This document shows positions 23,345-33,637 of a stretch of DNA of 64,000 nucleotides, piece by piece. The stretch comes from Candidatus Binatia bacterium (lineage in GTDB: Bacteria; Desulfobacterota; Binatia; UBA9968; CAXXLF01), in NCBI GenBank assembly GCA_963664015.2, contig CAXXLF010000001.1, positions 1,203,002 to 1,267,001 on the forward strand. The letters run 5' to 3'. Each line of letters opens with the position of its first letter. The stretch's first letter is position 1. A program made the translations under genes and the position numbers. Under the pieces are notes generated by a model. The model was not told the DNA's origin and ran no database searches. It saw only the letters and a program-made list of their open reading frames with translations.

Positions 23345-24148
23345 TTAAGCATGAGCTTTGGATTCCCTTTCCGTGTGGATAATCTGTAGCTCCTCGTAAG
23401 TTTTCGCCTTGAAGCTGATGAGCTCATCTTCGAAGTAAAGGTCACTCTTTGCGATCTGATTACGGAATGAGGAGAGTCGCCTCTGGGCTTCCAATTCTTC
23501 GTTGTTGGGGATATCCACAGTGCATTGTCCACCTTTAGAAGCGTGGCCCGTGGCTCCAATGGTCATCGGGCCAACGCTTTCTTTCGGACTTTCTTTTAAG
23601 TTTTTTTTAGGAGTTTCTTTTGTGTGTGCGTCCGGGTAGGACAGGCCTGTCCTAACGGCATAGGATGGAGCTATCCTACCCCCACAGGACAGCTTGTCCC
23701 GTTTGGGTAGGACAGGACTTACTGATTTGCCCTTTTTGGGTTCTGTCCTAGCAACATAGGACAGCTGCCATAGAGAGATATTCATGTTAATTGCATAGGT
23801 TTTCGGTTTTCTGTCCTTTCCGGCTAGGACAGACACAATCTTCCTTTTGAAAAGTCGTGACAGCGCTTCATGTACACGCCTTCGATCAAGTCCAGTTAAC
23901 TCCTCAAACTGACTCAGGGCGATCCTATCCCACTTTTTTCGCTCGTGCTTCGGGCGACCCTTAACATGGAAACCGAAAGTTTTGCGTAACAGTGCAGCCA
24001 CTACGCGGCCCTCGTGTGCACAAAGGTTGGCAAAGCAAAGCCGTTCAACCACCTCATTGTGAACTGGAGTCCAATGCTCGGTGTCGAGATCGTACAGATT
24101 TGAGTCTGTAATCCCCGTCATGTCGATTCTTTTCCAGTCATCTTGCAT
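23345..24148 (-). CDS. Phage replication initiator (lambda O-like)
   Basis: LLRKTFGF..KKWDRIALSQFEELTGL..NISLW resembles the O-protein N-terminal wHTH; iteron-filled linker. Confidence 0.82.
   Translation of the reverse strand: MQDDWKRIDMTGITDSNLYDLDTEHWTPVHNEVVERLCFANLCAHEGRVVAALLRKTFGFHVKGRPKHERKKWDRIALSQFEELTGLDRRRVHEALSRLFKRKIVSVLAGKDRKPKTYAINMNISLWQLSYVARTEPKKGKSVSPVLPKRDKLSCGGRIAPSYAVRTGLSYPDAHTKETPKKNLKESPKESVGPMTIGATGHASKGGQCTVDIPNNEELEAQRRLSSFRNQIAKSDLYFEDELISFKAKTYEELQIIHTERESKAHA
23590..23832. repeat. Iteron origin: CTGTCCTA-N6-TAGGACAG dyads plus a T-rich tract
   Basis: Dyads start at 23647, 23671, 23694, 23743 and 23811, half-site at 23637, T-rich stretch 23590-23621. Confidence 0.8.
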
Positions 24149-24328
24149 GTTTGTTCAGCCCCTGTCAGAAGATCTCCTTCCGCTCCTCTTTGCTACCATC
24201 TATGCTTATTCGACTGCTCATCTATCCCGGCCCCTTTCAATTGCTTCTCGAACTCCCGGCTAAGTTGAGAACTGAATACTTCCTAATTCTAGACAAGCCT
24301 CTGTCATCCTACCTCCCTGGAACTCCCT

Positions 24329-25195
24329 CTACGTTTTGATCGACCGAAAGTGACCCGGAACTTTATCAAACTCAAATTTAAACCTCGTTGCGGCATTTGT
24401 GCTGTGTGGTTTAACGACCGTGAGGTAGCCTTCTTTGATTGCAGCGCGGATGAGGTTGCTAATCATGCTACGGTCGCAACCGAAAATCTCCGCCGCTTTA
24501 CGTTGCGGAAGATAAATCTCGTTTTCTTCACCCACCACAACCTGGAGCCACCCAGCGAGACTCAAGAACTCGACGTAGCGGGTAAACCTACGAGTGAGGT
24601 TGGACTTACGGGGAACTGGGAATTGTAATGCAAGGGCGTGTGCCTTATTGAGAGGACCCTCACCGGCCACGTAGCGTATCTCGTCCCACTCGTTTACGAT
24701 CTGAAACTGCTCGTCCTCGTCAAAGTCGGTAACCTGCCAGGGAATGATGTTCGCCGCCTGGCTGCCGGTAAGGTTGCGCAAGTCGGGGTGTCGCTTCATA
24801 AGCCGTGTGAACTCCCATGTGTCCGACTTCCACCGCTCATCTGGAACATAGTCGGATAAGTTGGTAAGCAGGAAATGGTAAATCCTTTCGGTGTACTTAC
24901 CAAGAGGGAGATCCGTGGGGATACTATCTGTATCCTCTGGTACCCGACAGGGAACCTGATCCTTGTTATCCGATTCCTCTTTTCTGAGTCCTCTGACGAT
25001 ACGGAGAGGTGTTGTCTTGGGGGACTCCTTACTAGCCTCTAATTCCTCTATATTCCTCTTGGTCTCCGGATCTCCGAATCCTCTAAGTCCTCTGGTAGGG
25101 TTTACCCCTTTAAGTACTTGACTTTGTGTAAGTAGGTCATTTTGACCAGCGACGTCGTTTCCCACTTGTTTTTTACTCTTTCCAGGTGTATTCAT
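24329..25195 (-). CDS. Putative replication/DNA-binding protein with C-terminal winged HTH
   Basis: IYLPQRKAAEIFGCDRSMISNLIRAAIKEGYL wHTH; low-complexity N-terminus encoded by CCTCT-rich repeats. Confidence 0.6.
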   Translation of the reverse strand: MNTPGKSKKQVGNDVAGQNDLLTQSQVLKGVNPTRGLRGFGDPETKRNIEELEASKESPKTTPLRIVRGLRKEESDNKDQVPCRVPEDTDSIPTDLPLGKYTERIYHFLLTNLSDYVPDERWKSDTWEFTRLMKRHPDLRNLTGSQAANIIPWQVTDFDEDEQFQIVNEWDEIRYVAGEGPLNKAHALALQFPVPRKSNLTRRFTRYVEFLSLAGWLQVVVGEENEIYLPQRKAAEIFGCDRSMISNLIRAAIKEGYLTVVKPHSTNAATRFKFEFDKVPGHFRSIKT

Positions 25196-25278
25196 ATTTA
25201 TTCCTTCTTTTTCTTGCCCCCAGTTGGACCTGACAGCGGCACGGAGAACATTGCCGCCGCCTGGCAGGGTTTCTTGTT

Positions 25279-25476
25279 TTAAGTCACTAAGTCGGGCTCA
25301 GGCCGGTTCTCCCTCTCCCGCAACCATGCCTCGATCACCGTCTCCCGGAAACGGATCGATCTCCGTCCTAGTCTAATTCTACCGGGAATCTCCCCGGAGG
25401 AAGCTTTCTTATAAACCGTCATTTGATCCCAACTGATCAAAGCCGCTAGCTCGCGGACCGAAAGTAATCGTTCCAT
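25279..25476 (-). CDS. AlpA-family regulator
   Basis: MERLLSVRELAALI..TVYK..IPGRIRLGRRSIRF..IEAWL; GGAGG RBS. Confidence 0.85.
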   Translation of the reverse strand: MERLLSVRELAALISWDQMTVYKKASSGEIPGRIRLGRRSIRFRETVIEAWLRERENRPEPDLVT

Positions 25477-25599
25477 TACAAAGCCTCCTTCCGTAGTGCC
25501 CAGATCTAAAAGGGCATAGCCCAATTTAGACAGATCACGCTAAGGCGCAATTCGTAAAATAAGAACTTTTATTTTAGGGGGGTGAGAGATTAAGGCCCG

Positions 25600-26469
25600 C
25601 TAAGAAACTATCAGGGCTCTGATAAAGCGTACTTCTTTGGGGTGGTGTTTTTGAAAGGATCTTGTATGAGCCTTTATCTGACCGTCTTTGTGAACTTGTG
25701 TCCCACCGCCTTTGATGGCTCCAGCGGCTACTAGAAGGTTCCAAAAGATCTCCCAGTGAGATCCTTTTGTTTTCTGTTTCAGGTGTTCATGGAGGGCAAA
25801 GATAACACGGTTGATTTTGTCCCTGGCTGACCCTCTTGTCTCTCCAATGGGGGAATCTCTTTCATCGATGTAGTTCTGCACAATCGCTTCCAAATGGCTT
25901 AGGGCCTTCTGAACAAGACCGCTACCGGGACTTGGCTCCCATGTGTGGTTACTAAACAGTTGCTTGGTTTTTTGAATTGCCTTTAAATCTTGGAAGTGGG
26001 CTGTAAGGTTAGTATCCTTGTGATCAAACTTTGGGACAATATTGTCATTGAGCCACAAGTACAAGGCAAATAGTGAAAAAATGAAATTTGGATCCGCACC
26101 CTTCTCTGCAAGAGACCTAAGATAGTTCATGCCTTCGTTACTTTTAAAATGCTGAATCTTTCTTTGACACTCTTCATCATCATCCCATGCCTGGCAAACT
26201 TTTACCCAAGCTTCTAACCACTTTGTTGTAAACGGCTTCTTTAAAGCGTCTCGCTCGCTATCATTTGGTAGTTCCCAATTAGGTCCCCTCATTGCATGAC
26301 GGAACTGATATGGAAGAGGCATTGGTTTTAGAGCTTCCGGTTTAATGGTCTTCGGAAACATTCCAAACCCCGGAATTGGGGACATCTTGACCAATTTACT
26401 TCGTTTCACTGCCCTACCCTGCATGGACTCCTGCCTTGGCAAGGGGGGACCGAACCTGCAGGAGCGCAC
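25600..26469 (-). CDS. Hypothetical protein (start uncertain)
   Basis: Long AT-richer ORF directly upstream of alpA. Confidence 0.6.
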   Translation of the reverse strand: MRSCRFGPPLPRQESMQGRAVKRSKLVKMSPIPGFGMFPKTIKPEALKPMPLPYQFRHAMRGPNWELPNDSERDALKKPFTTKWLEAWVKVCQAWDDDEECQRKIQHFKSNEGMNYLRSLAEKGADPNFIFSLFALYLWLNDNIVPKFDHKDTNLTAHFQDLKAIQKTKQLFSNHTWEPSPGSGLVQKALSHLEAIVQNYIDERDSPIGETRGSARDKINRVIFALHEHLKQKTKGSHWEIFWNLLVAAGAIKGGGTQVHKDGQIKAHTRSFQKHHPKEVRFIRALIVS

Positions 26470-26644
26470 GGCTTTTCGGGTCCGGCTCCCTAGACTTTCT
26501 TGTTATCGTAATTTTAAGGCCGGCGCATTGAAACGCAAGGCAAAAACACTATCGCCTGCGCTCGCAAGTGAATCATAATGCCGAACTAACAATGCGGAGA
26601 AGTTAGAGGTTGTGGTAAGCCATGTGCGCGTTACCTCACAGCAT

Positions 26645-26920
26645 CTATTTTTCACGCTTTCTCTGAGCAAGGAGTTCAGACGGCTCCACGCCCAACGCCC
26701 AGGCAATTCGGCAGATGTTGTCTATGGCAATGTTGCGCTCGTAGCGCTCGACTGACCCAAGGTAGGTACGGTGAATCCCCGCCTTGTCTGCTAGGCCCTC
26801 CTGTGACCATCCACGTTTGAGCCTGAGACGTCGGATATTTGCCGCAAGAATTAGCCGGCCATTGACTGGCTTCCCTTCCGGTGATCGTAACTCGCTGGAA
26901 CCTAGAGAGCTTCGCCTCAC
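26645..26920 (-). CDS. XRE-family regulator (RM controller-like)
   Basis: SQEGLADKAGIHRTYLGSVER..NIAIDNI. Confidence 0.85.
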   Translation of the reverse strand: MRRSSLGSSELRSPEGKPVNGRLILAANIRRLRLKRGWSQEGLADKAGIHRTYLGSVERYERNIAIDNICRIAWALGVEPSELLAQRKREK

Positions 26921-27200
26921 GCCCCTAGAAAATCGGTTTGACTTCTATACATATACAGACAATGAGTAGCCTCTGTACAATAGACAGTTTCGGGTCTCGA
27001 TAGAGAGAAGGAGTGAGGACCTTGCCCTCAAGGTGGGGATTAGGACCTCATCCTATCAAGAAAACTGTACGTTGTGTATAGAGCATGTGACGAGGGTCAA
27101 CACGCACACTGACCTGACCATTGATGTCAAAGAACTAAACGTCTAGAGTCCATGGGTTTACGGGTGTAGTAGACAGCATTCGATGTGTTGCAGATAAAAA

Positions 27201-28130
27201 ATGGATGCCAGACAGGAACTGCCGATTCAGAATCAATCCCCGGCAACGGAGTGGGACAGGGATGTTTCCCGAAGGGCGCTCGATGAACTGTTTCGCCTTG
27301 CTGGAGAGTATAACGCCACAAAGGATTACTACGAGCTTCTTCAGTTCGTGGGTCGTTTTCGCTTCTACTCCCCCTATAACGCGATGTTGATTCATACACA
27401 GATGCCGGGTGCTCAGTTTGTTGCGCCGCCAGACCGCTGGCTTCGCAAATATCGCCGACGGATCAAGCCTGGGGCACGTTCGCTGGTTATCCTCCGACCG
27501 ATGGGTCCGGTGATGTTCGTCTACGACGTTTCGGACACCGAGCCGGAGAAGGACGCGCCACAACTGCCTCCTGAGATCGAACGACCCTTTGAAGTTCGGG
27601 GAGGGCACGTGGGTAGTGAATCGTGTATCTCTATGGAAAATGCCAAGCGAGACGGTATTGAAATCACTAGGAGGCAAGCTGGCTCACAGAGCGCTGGCGA
27701 AATCCGCAAGGCCGAAAACGTGAGGGACGTCACGTTCCAAACCAAAAAGAGACCAGAACCCGAGTACGTAAGCATCCGTGTCCGGTATGACCTCCTACTG
27801 AATTCCCAGCTGTCTGGCGAGGCACAATATGCGACACTAGTCCACGAGCTTGGGCATTTATATTGTGGCCATTTGGGCACGCCAAACCCAAAGTGGTGGC
27901 CGGATCGGCGGGGTTTATCGCGTGAGCTTTGCGAATTCGAGGCGGAGTCGGTCTGCTATCTCTTGTGCCGCCGACTTGGTATCGACAATCCCTCGGCCGA
28001 ATACCTTTCTGGTTACGTTAAGAATCACCAAGAGACTCCTAGAATCAGCCTTGAATGTGTGATGAAGTCGGCGGGGCTGATTGAGCAAATGGGGCGCGAG
28101 CGCCTCAAGCCTCGGAAGGAGGAGAAGTAG
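27201..28130 (+). CDS. ArdC-like ssDNA-binding domain plus Zn metallopeptidase
   Basis: YSPYNAMLI..W..RRIKPG..VYDVSDT N-terminal domain; HELGH and EFEAESV peptidase motifs. Confidence 0.8.
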   Translation: MDARQELPIQNQSPATEWDRDVSRRALDELFRLAGEYNATKDYYELLQFVGRFRFYSPYNAMLIHTQMPGAQFVAPPDRWLRKYRRRIKPGARSLVILRPMGPVMFVYDVSDTEPEKDAPQLPPEIERPFEVRGGHVGSESCISMENAKRDGIEITRRQAGSQSAGEIRKAENVRDVTFQTKKRPEPEYVSIRVRYDLLLNSQLSGEAQYATLVHELGHLYCGHLGTPNPKWWPDRRGLSRELCEFEAESVCYLLCRRLGIDNPSAEYLSGYVKNHQETPRISLECVMKSAGLIEQMGRERLKPRKEEK

Positions 28131-29102
28131 GTAGCGAACAAAATAGCAATTCACAAATCCTGGGCGAGGAAGAATTCGCTTCAGCCTGGATATCCCTCGA
28201 CTTTGCATTTGTTGTTTGGATCAAGGCCGATTGAGCATTCCGGCACTGTCTGGACGGCACCGGCAAGAACAACAGTGATTGTTGACGCCACGGGCGGCTA
28301 ATAATCAGAAGCCACGCCCAAGTAGTATCACTCCATGAATCGATTCTTGACTTCAATGGCTCAGCTACAGCAATGAAACTTGACTGGCTTCACATTTTGC
28401 TTCTGGTACTCGTCCGTGCGCTTAGCTAATTTCTTTGGTTCGATCAGTACCGGCATGAACACTTTTGGAACTAAAAGCTGGCAAGAATCCATCGCATTAC
28501 AGGACGTGTCGAACTGCTTACGCCTTCCCACGGTTGGCAGCAATTGCATCCAGCAAGGCAAGTTATGCAATCACTTAGCGCCAAGGAAGCGGGAGGACGA
28601 TATGAAATTGAAGAACCGCCATGAGTGGTGATTCGTTTTTTGAATTGAAGACGTGCTTACCAAGCGCAGTAAGTATGACCTCTGTATCTCCCTGGGTTGC
28701 CAATCCGTATCCCTCCGAAAGACACGGACAATTCACGGACAGGATGAAAAAACAGCTTGCAATGAAAGGACTTAGCTAGGTCCGTTTGACTGACCATCAA
28801 GTGGTCCTAAGATCAGACTGAGGCTGGTGGTGAGGAGCTTCCTCTAAAATCGGTAGCAAGGCGATCGCACCTCATCAGCATGTCAGCGGAACTCCGGTAA
28901 CACTAGTCTGGAATGCTTATCCGACGGGGCTTGGAACATTTGACAGAATAGTGAGTATTCATTCAAAGGAGTTTTAGATCCTGACTGTGCAGGTATTGTG
29001 CAACAGCCCGAATTAAATGTGACAACTAGACTGATATCTAGTTTAGCTTATTCTGGAGTGTTATGGTAATTTTTTCTATACCTTGCCCCGGTGGGAGTAG
29101 CT

Positions 29103-29270
29103 ATGATGAGCCAGGACGAATTATTCGCCATCTCCGACGTGGCTAGCCTCCTCAAGGTGGCGGAGAAGACTGTGTACGGTCCCGCCCGGAAGAGCGACAT
29201 CCCAAGTTTCAATGTCGGCGGCCGGTAGCGGTTCCGCGAACGGCATTCGATTCCTGGATGGAGCGGAATG
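29103..29270 (+). pseudogene. Degraded HTH_17 regulator upstream of hsdR
   Basis: MMSQDELFAISDVASLLKVAEKTVY..FNVGGR*RF; TAG at 29226 where W is expected. Confidence 0.65.
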
Positions 29271-32045
29271 ACCGAAGCAATGGCTGACAAGAACCAGACT
29301 CCCGAACAGAAGGCCCGCGACACCATCAACCATATGCTGGGCCAGGCCGGATGGAAGGTGCAGTCGAAAAAAAAGATCGACTTCAGTGCCGGCTCCGGCA
29401 TCGCCGTTCGTGAGTACCAGACTGATGTCGGCCCCGCCGACTATGTTCTGTTTATCGGCAAAAACCCCGTCGGCGTTGTAGAGGCCAAGCCGGAGGATTG
29501 GGGCCAGAAGATCACGACGGTCGAGGAGCAATCCGCCGCCTATGCCGCTGCCAATCTCAAGTGGCTGAACAATAGAGAGCCCCTGCCGTTCGTTTATGAA
29601 AGCACCGGCGTGCTGACGCGCTTCACCGACACGCGCGATCCTAAGCCCCGCTCCCGGGAGGTGTTCAGCTTCCCTCGGCCGGAGACGGTGCAGGACTGGC
29701 ATACCCAGTCGGCCTCGCTCCGTTTGCGGCTCCGGGAGCTTCCGAATCTGGACCCCACGGGCCTGAGAGCTTGCCAGACCAATGCCATCGAGAGGCTGGA
29801 GGCATCCTTCAAAGATAACCGCCCGCGCGCCCTCATTCAGATGGCCACCGGCTCGGGCAAGACCTACGCCGCCATCACCTCAATCTACCGGCTGCTGAAA
29901 CACGCTGACGCCAAGCGGATCCTCTTTCTGGTAGACACCAAGAATCTGGGCGAACAGGCCGAGCAGGAATTCATGGCCTACGTGCCCAACGACGACAACC
30001 GCAAATTCACCGAGCTTTACAACGTCCAACGCCTCCAATCGTCCTTCGTCGCCAAGGACAGCCAAGTCTGCATCAGCACCATCCAGCGTATGTACTCGCT
30101 CCTGAAGGACCAGGAGATGTACGAAGCCGCCGAGGAGATCAATCCTGCGGAGCTGGTTCAGCCCCATCAACCCATGCCGGTTGTCTATAACGGCAAGATT
30201 CCGCCTGAGTTCTTTGACTTCACCATCATCGACGAATGCCACCGCTCGATCTATAACCTCTGGCGCCAGGTCTTGGAATATTTCGACGCCTATCTCATCG
30301 GCTTGACAGCCACGCCGGACAGCCGCACCTACGGGTTCTTCAGGAAGAACGTCGTCAGCGAATACAGCCATGAGCAAGCCGTCGCCGACGGCGTCAATGT
30401 CGGCAACGAGATCTATGTCATCGACACGGAGAAGACCATGCATGGCGGCCAACTCAAAGCGGACCAGCAGGTCGAGAAGCGCGAGCGCCTGACGCGCCGA
30501 AGACGCTGGGAGATCCAGGATGAAGATGTCATCTATGCCGCCCAGCAACTCGACCGCGACATCGTCAACCCCGATCAGATCCGCACCATTGTCCGCACCT
30601 TCCGCAACAAGCTGCCGGAGATATTTCCCGGCCGCGACGAAGTACCGAAGACGCTCGTTTTTGCCAAGACCGACAGTCACGCCGACGACGTCATCCAGAC
30701 CGTGCGGGAGGAATTCGCCGAAGGCAATGAGTTCTGCAAGAAGGTCACCTACAAGGTCGAAGAAGACCCGAAATCCGTGCTTGCCCAGTTCCGAAACGAC
30801 TACTACCCGCGCATCGCCGTGACCGTGGACATGATCGCCACGGGCACCGACGTCAAGCCGCTCGAATGCCTGCTCTTCATGCGCGACGTGAGGAGCCGTA
30901 ACTATTTCGAGCAGATGAAGGGCCGCGGGACCCGCACCCTCGACCATGACGATCTCATGAAAGTCTCGCCCTCCGCTGTCAGTGGGAAGACCCACTACGT
31001 AATCGTAGACGCCGTCGGCGTCACGCAATCGCTCAAGACCGCCAGCCAGCCTCTCATCACCAAGCCCTCCGTGCCGCTCAAGGACCTCGCCACGGGCGTG
31101 ATGATGGGTGCTCGCGACGAGGACACGGTAAGTTCCCTTGCCGGCCGCCTGGCCCGTCTGAACCGGCAACTTGACGACAAGGACCGGGAGCGCATCAGGG
31201 AGAAGACCGGCGGCATGGAGCTAAACGACATCGTCGGTAACTTGCTCGCCGCCATCGATCCCGACCGCATTGAGAACAAGGCCCGGCAGATTGACAGCCT
31301 CCCCGAAGACGCGGAACCGCCGGAGCAAACACGCCAAAAGGCTCAGGAACAGTTGGTCGGTGACGCCGCCGGTGTGTTCAACGGTGAACTGATCGAGCTG
31401 ATCGACTCGATTCGCCGCGACAAGGAACAGACCATCGACCACGAGGGCCTCGACACCGTGCTCCGCGCCGAATGGAAGGGCAACGCCCATGAGAACGCCA
31501 AGGCTACTGCGCAGGACTTCCGGCAATACCTGGAAGATAACCGCGACCGGATCGAAGCCCTGACCATCTTCTTTGCCCAACCGCACCGGCGCCGCGAGCT
31601 GACCTACGCCATGATCCGGGAGGTATTCGACAAGCTGAAATACGACAAACCCCGCCTGGCCCCCTTGCGGGTCTGGGGAGCATATGCCCTGCTCGATGAA
31701 TACAAGGGCCGGCAACCGGCGAGCGACTTGACGGCGCTCGTTGCGTCGATCCGGTGGGCCTGCGGCATTGATGCGAAAGTCTCGCCCTATTCGGAAACCG
31801 TGCGGCGCAACTTCCAGAACTGGATCATGACGCGCCACAGCGGCAGTGGAGAGAAATTCAATGAGGAGCAGATGGCATGGCTGCGAATGATTCGCGACCA
31901 CATCATCAGCTCCTTTCATCTGGAGCGCGACGACCTCGACATGGCTCCGTTCGATGGCAAGGGCGGCCTGGGGCAAATGTACAAGCTCTTCGGCGACCGG
32001 ATGGATGGGGTGATTGATGAATTGAACGAGGTGTTGGCGGCGTGA
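29268..32045 (+). CDS. hsdR: Type I restriction enzyme R subunit (EcoEI-like)
   Basis: ADY..VEAK nuclease motif, MATGSGKT, DECHRS, TATP, QMKGRG. Confidence 0.93.
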   Translation: MTEAMADKNQTPEQKARDTINHMLGQAGWKVQSKKKIDFSAGSGIAVREYQTDVGPADYVLFIGKNPVGVVEAKPEDWGQKITTVEEQSAAYAAANLKWLNNREPLPFVYESTGVLTRFTDTRDPKPRSREVFSFPRPETVQDWHTQSASLRLRLRELPNLDPTGLRACQTNAIERLEASFKDNRPRALIQMATGSGKTYAAITSIYRLLKHADAKRILFLVDTKNLGEQAEQEFMAYVPNDDNRKFTELYNVQRLQSSFVAKDSQVCISTIQRMYSLLKDQEMYEAAEEINPAELVQPHQPMPVVYNGKIPPEFFDFTIIDECHRSIYNLWRQVLEYFDAYLIGLTATPDSRTYGFFRKNVVSEYSHEQAVADGVNVGNEIYVIDTEKTMHGGQLKADQQVEKRERLTRRRRWEIQDEDVIYAAQQLDRDIVNPDQIRTIVRTFRNKLPEIFPGRDEVPKTLVFAKTDSHADDVIQTVREEFAEGNEFCKKVTYKVEEDPKSVLAQFRNDYYPRIAVTVDMIATGTDVKPLECLLFMRDVRSRNYFEQMKGRGTRTLDHDDLMKVSPSAVSGKTHYVIVDAVGVTQSLKTASQPLITKPSVPLKDLATGVMMGARDEDTVSSLAGRLARLNRQLDDKDRERIREKTGGMELNDIVGNLLAAIDPDRIENKARQIDSLPEDAEPPEQTRQKAQEQLVGDAAGVFNGELIELIDSIRRDKEQTIDHEGLDTVLRAEWKGNAHENAKATAQDFRQYLEDNRDRIEALTIFFAQPHRRRELTYAMIREVFDKLKYDKPRLAPLRVWGAYALLDEYKGRQPASDLTALVASIRWACGIDAKVSPYSETVRRNFQNWIMTRHSGSGEKFNEEQMAWLRMIRDHIISSFHLERDDLDMAPFDGKGGLGQMYKLFGDRMDGVIDELNEVLAA

Positions 32046-33637
32046 GTAACGAGATTAATATTCTTCCTGAAGGGTGGCAGAAGACCACTCTTGAGCATCT
32101 GATTACCAGGATTAGCAATGGAGTAAATGTAACCCAGCATGAAGAGAGGATAGGGCTGCCTATAACCAGAATAGAAACTATCTGGAACGGGACAATAGAT
32201 CTCAATAGGGTAAAGTATATTAAGGAAGTTAACGACGAATTAAGATTAAACTACGGGCTTATGAATGGCGATATATTGTTCAGTCATATAAATAGCGACA
32301 GCCATTTAGGGAAGACTGCGATTTTTCAGTCACAAGTAAAGTGTCTGATTCATGGTATCAATCTTCTGCTAATAAGGCCATCAGCAGAAATTTCGAGTGA
32401 ATATCTGAATTATCATTTTCAGTTGTTACGCCAAAATGGCGAATTTGTTGCTGTTGCACAGCGTGCCGTTAATCAGTCATCGATTAACCAGAGGCAGCTA
32501 AAGGCCTTCGAGTTTGTTCTTCCCCCCTTCAATGAACAGCGCCGCATCGTCGCCAAGATCGAGGAACTCTTCTCAGAACTGGACAAGGGCGTCGAGAGCC
32601 TGAAGACGGCACGCGCGCAGATCGATGTCTACCGCCAGGCTGTGCTCAAGCACGCCTTCGAAGGCAAGCTCACGGCCAGATGGCGCGAAGAGAACAAAGA
32701 CAAGCTTGAGAAGCCCGAACAGTTGCTCGCTCGTATCAAGCAGGAACGGGCGGCGCGCTACGATCGGCAACTTCAGGAGTGGAAGGCTGCTGTCAAAGAA
32801 TGGGAGGCGAAGGATCAGCTGGGCAAGAAGCCTCCAAAACCAGCCTCGTTGATGGCTTCGGTTCCAATCGCGCAGAGTGAGTTGATCGGACTCCCGAACA
32901 TCCCACAGTTATGGCAATACGTCCGACTATCGGAAATCGCTGACATAGGTTCGGGAATGTCAGTTAGCAAGTCGCGCAAGCTTGGTGTCCCAATTGAGAT
33001 TCCATACTTAAGTGTAGCCAATGTTCAGCGCGGTGTACTCGACCTCTCGACAGTCAAGATCATGAAAATCGAGAGCTCCCAACTACCCAGGCTCGCGCTT
33101 AAGCGATGGGACGTTCTCTTCAACGAAGGGGGGGACCGTGACAAGCTGGGCAGAGGGTGGGTGTGGGAGTCGAAGATAGAACCTTGTATTACGCAAAACC
33201 ATGTGTTCCGCGCAAGCCCGTTTCTTGAGTCCCACCAACACTCCAAATGGATCTCGCACTGGGGCAACACCTTCGGCCAACTATACTTCGAGGCACAGGG
33301 AAAACAGACGACAAACCTCGCATCAATCAACAAGACAGTTCTCAGTAGATTTCCTGTCCCTCTCCCACCGATCGAGGAACAAGAGGAAATGATTCAAAGA
33401 CTCGAAAACCAAACGGCGATCATCGACCGCTTGGAACAGAATGTTGCGAGTTCCCTTGAAAAGCTGAACGCCTTACGCCAGTCGATTCTGAAGACAGCCT
33501 TTGCCGGCCAACTCGTCGCGCAGGACCCCAGCGATGAGCCCGCGTCGGTTCTTCTGGACAGGATCAGAGCCGAAAGAGAAAAGACTGTGAAGAACAAAAC
33601 CCCCAAGAAGAAAAATAAAGGGAAGGCCGCCGCATGA
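32042..33637 (+). CDS. hsdS: Type I RM specificity subunit
   Basis: Two TRDs, PPFNEQRRIV and PPIEEQ repeats, QSILKTAFAGQLV..DEPASVLL. Confidence 0.93.
   Translation: MSNEINILPEGWQKTTLEHLITRISNGVNVTQHEERIGLPITRIETIWNGTIDLNRVKYIKEVNDELRLNYGLMNGDILFSHINSDSHLGKTAIFQSQVKCLIHGINLLLIRPSAEISSEYLNYHFQLLRQNGEFVAVAQRAVNQSSINQRQLKAFEFVLPPFNEQRRIVAKIEELFSELDKGVESLKTARAQIDVYRQAVLKHAFEGKLTARWREENKDKLEKPEQLLARIKQERAARYDRQLQEWKAAVKEWEAKDQLGKKPPKPASLMASVPIAQSELIGLPNIPQLWQYVRLSEIADIGSGMSVSKSRKLGVPIEIPYLSVANVQRGVLDLSTVKIMKIESSQLPRLALKRWDVLFNEGGDRDKLGRGWVWESKIEPCITQNHVFRASPFLESHQHSKWISHWGNTFGQLYFEAQGKQTTNLASINKTVLSRFPVPLPPIEEQEEMIQRLENQTAIIDRLEQNVASSLEKLNALRQSILKTAFAGQLVAQDPSDEPASVLLDRIRAEREKTVKNKTPKKKNKGKAAA

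Larger units (their letters stand above)
20464..28806. mobile_element. tRNA-Ala-integrated, satellite-like element without structural genes
   Basis: Integrase next to the tRNA; inverted TGTCCG arm-type pairs at 20511-20528 and 28723-28741; degenerate tRNA anticodon-arm copy at 28785-28806; xis, alpA and rep genes. Confidence 0.7.

Noticed and set aside
28130-28640. Short ORFs near the right end of the element
   Set aside because: No RBS or motif support; could not be assigned
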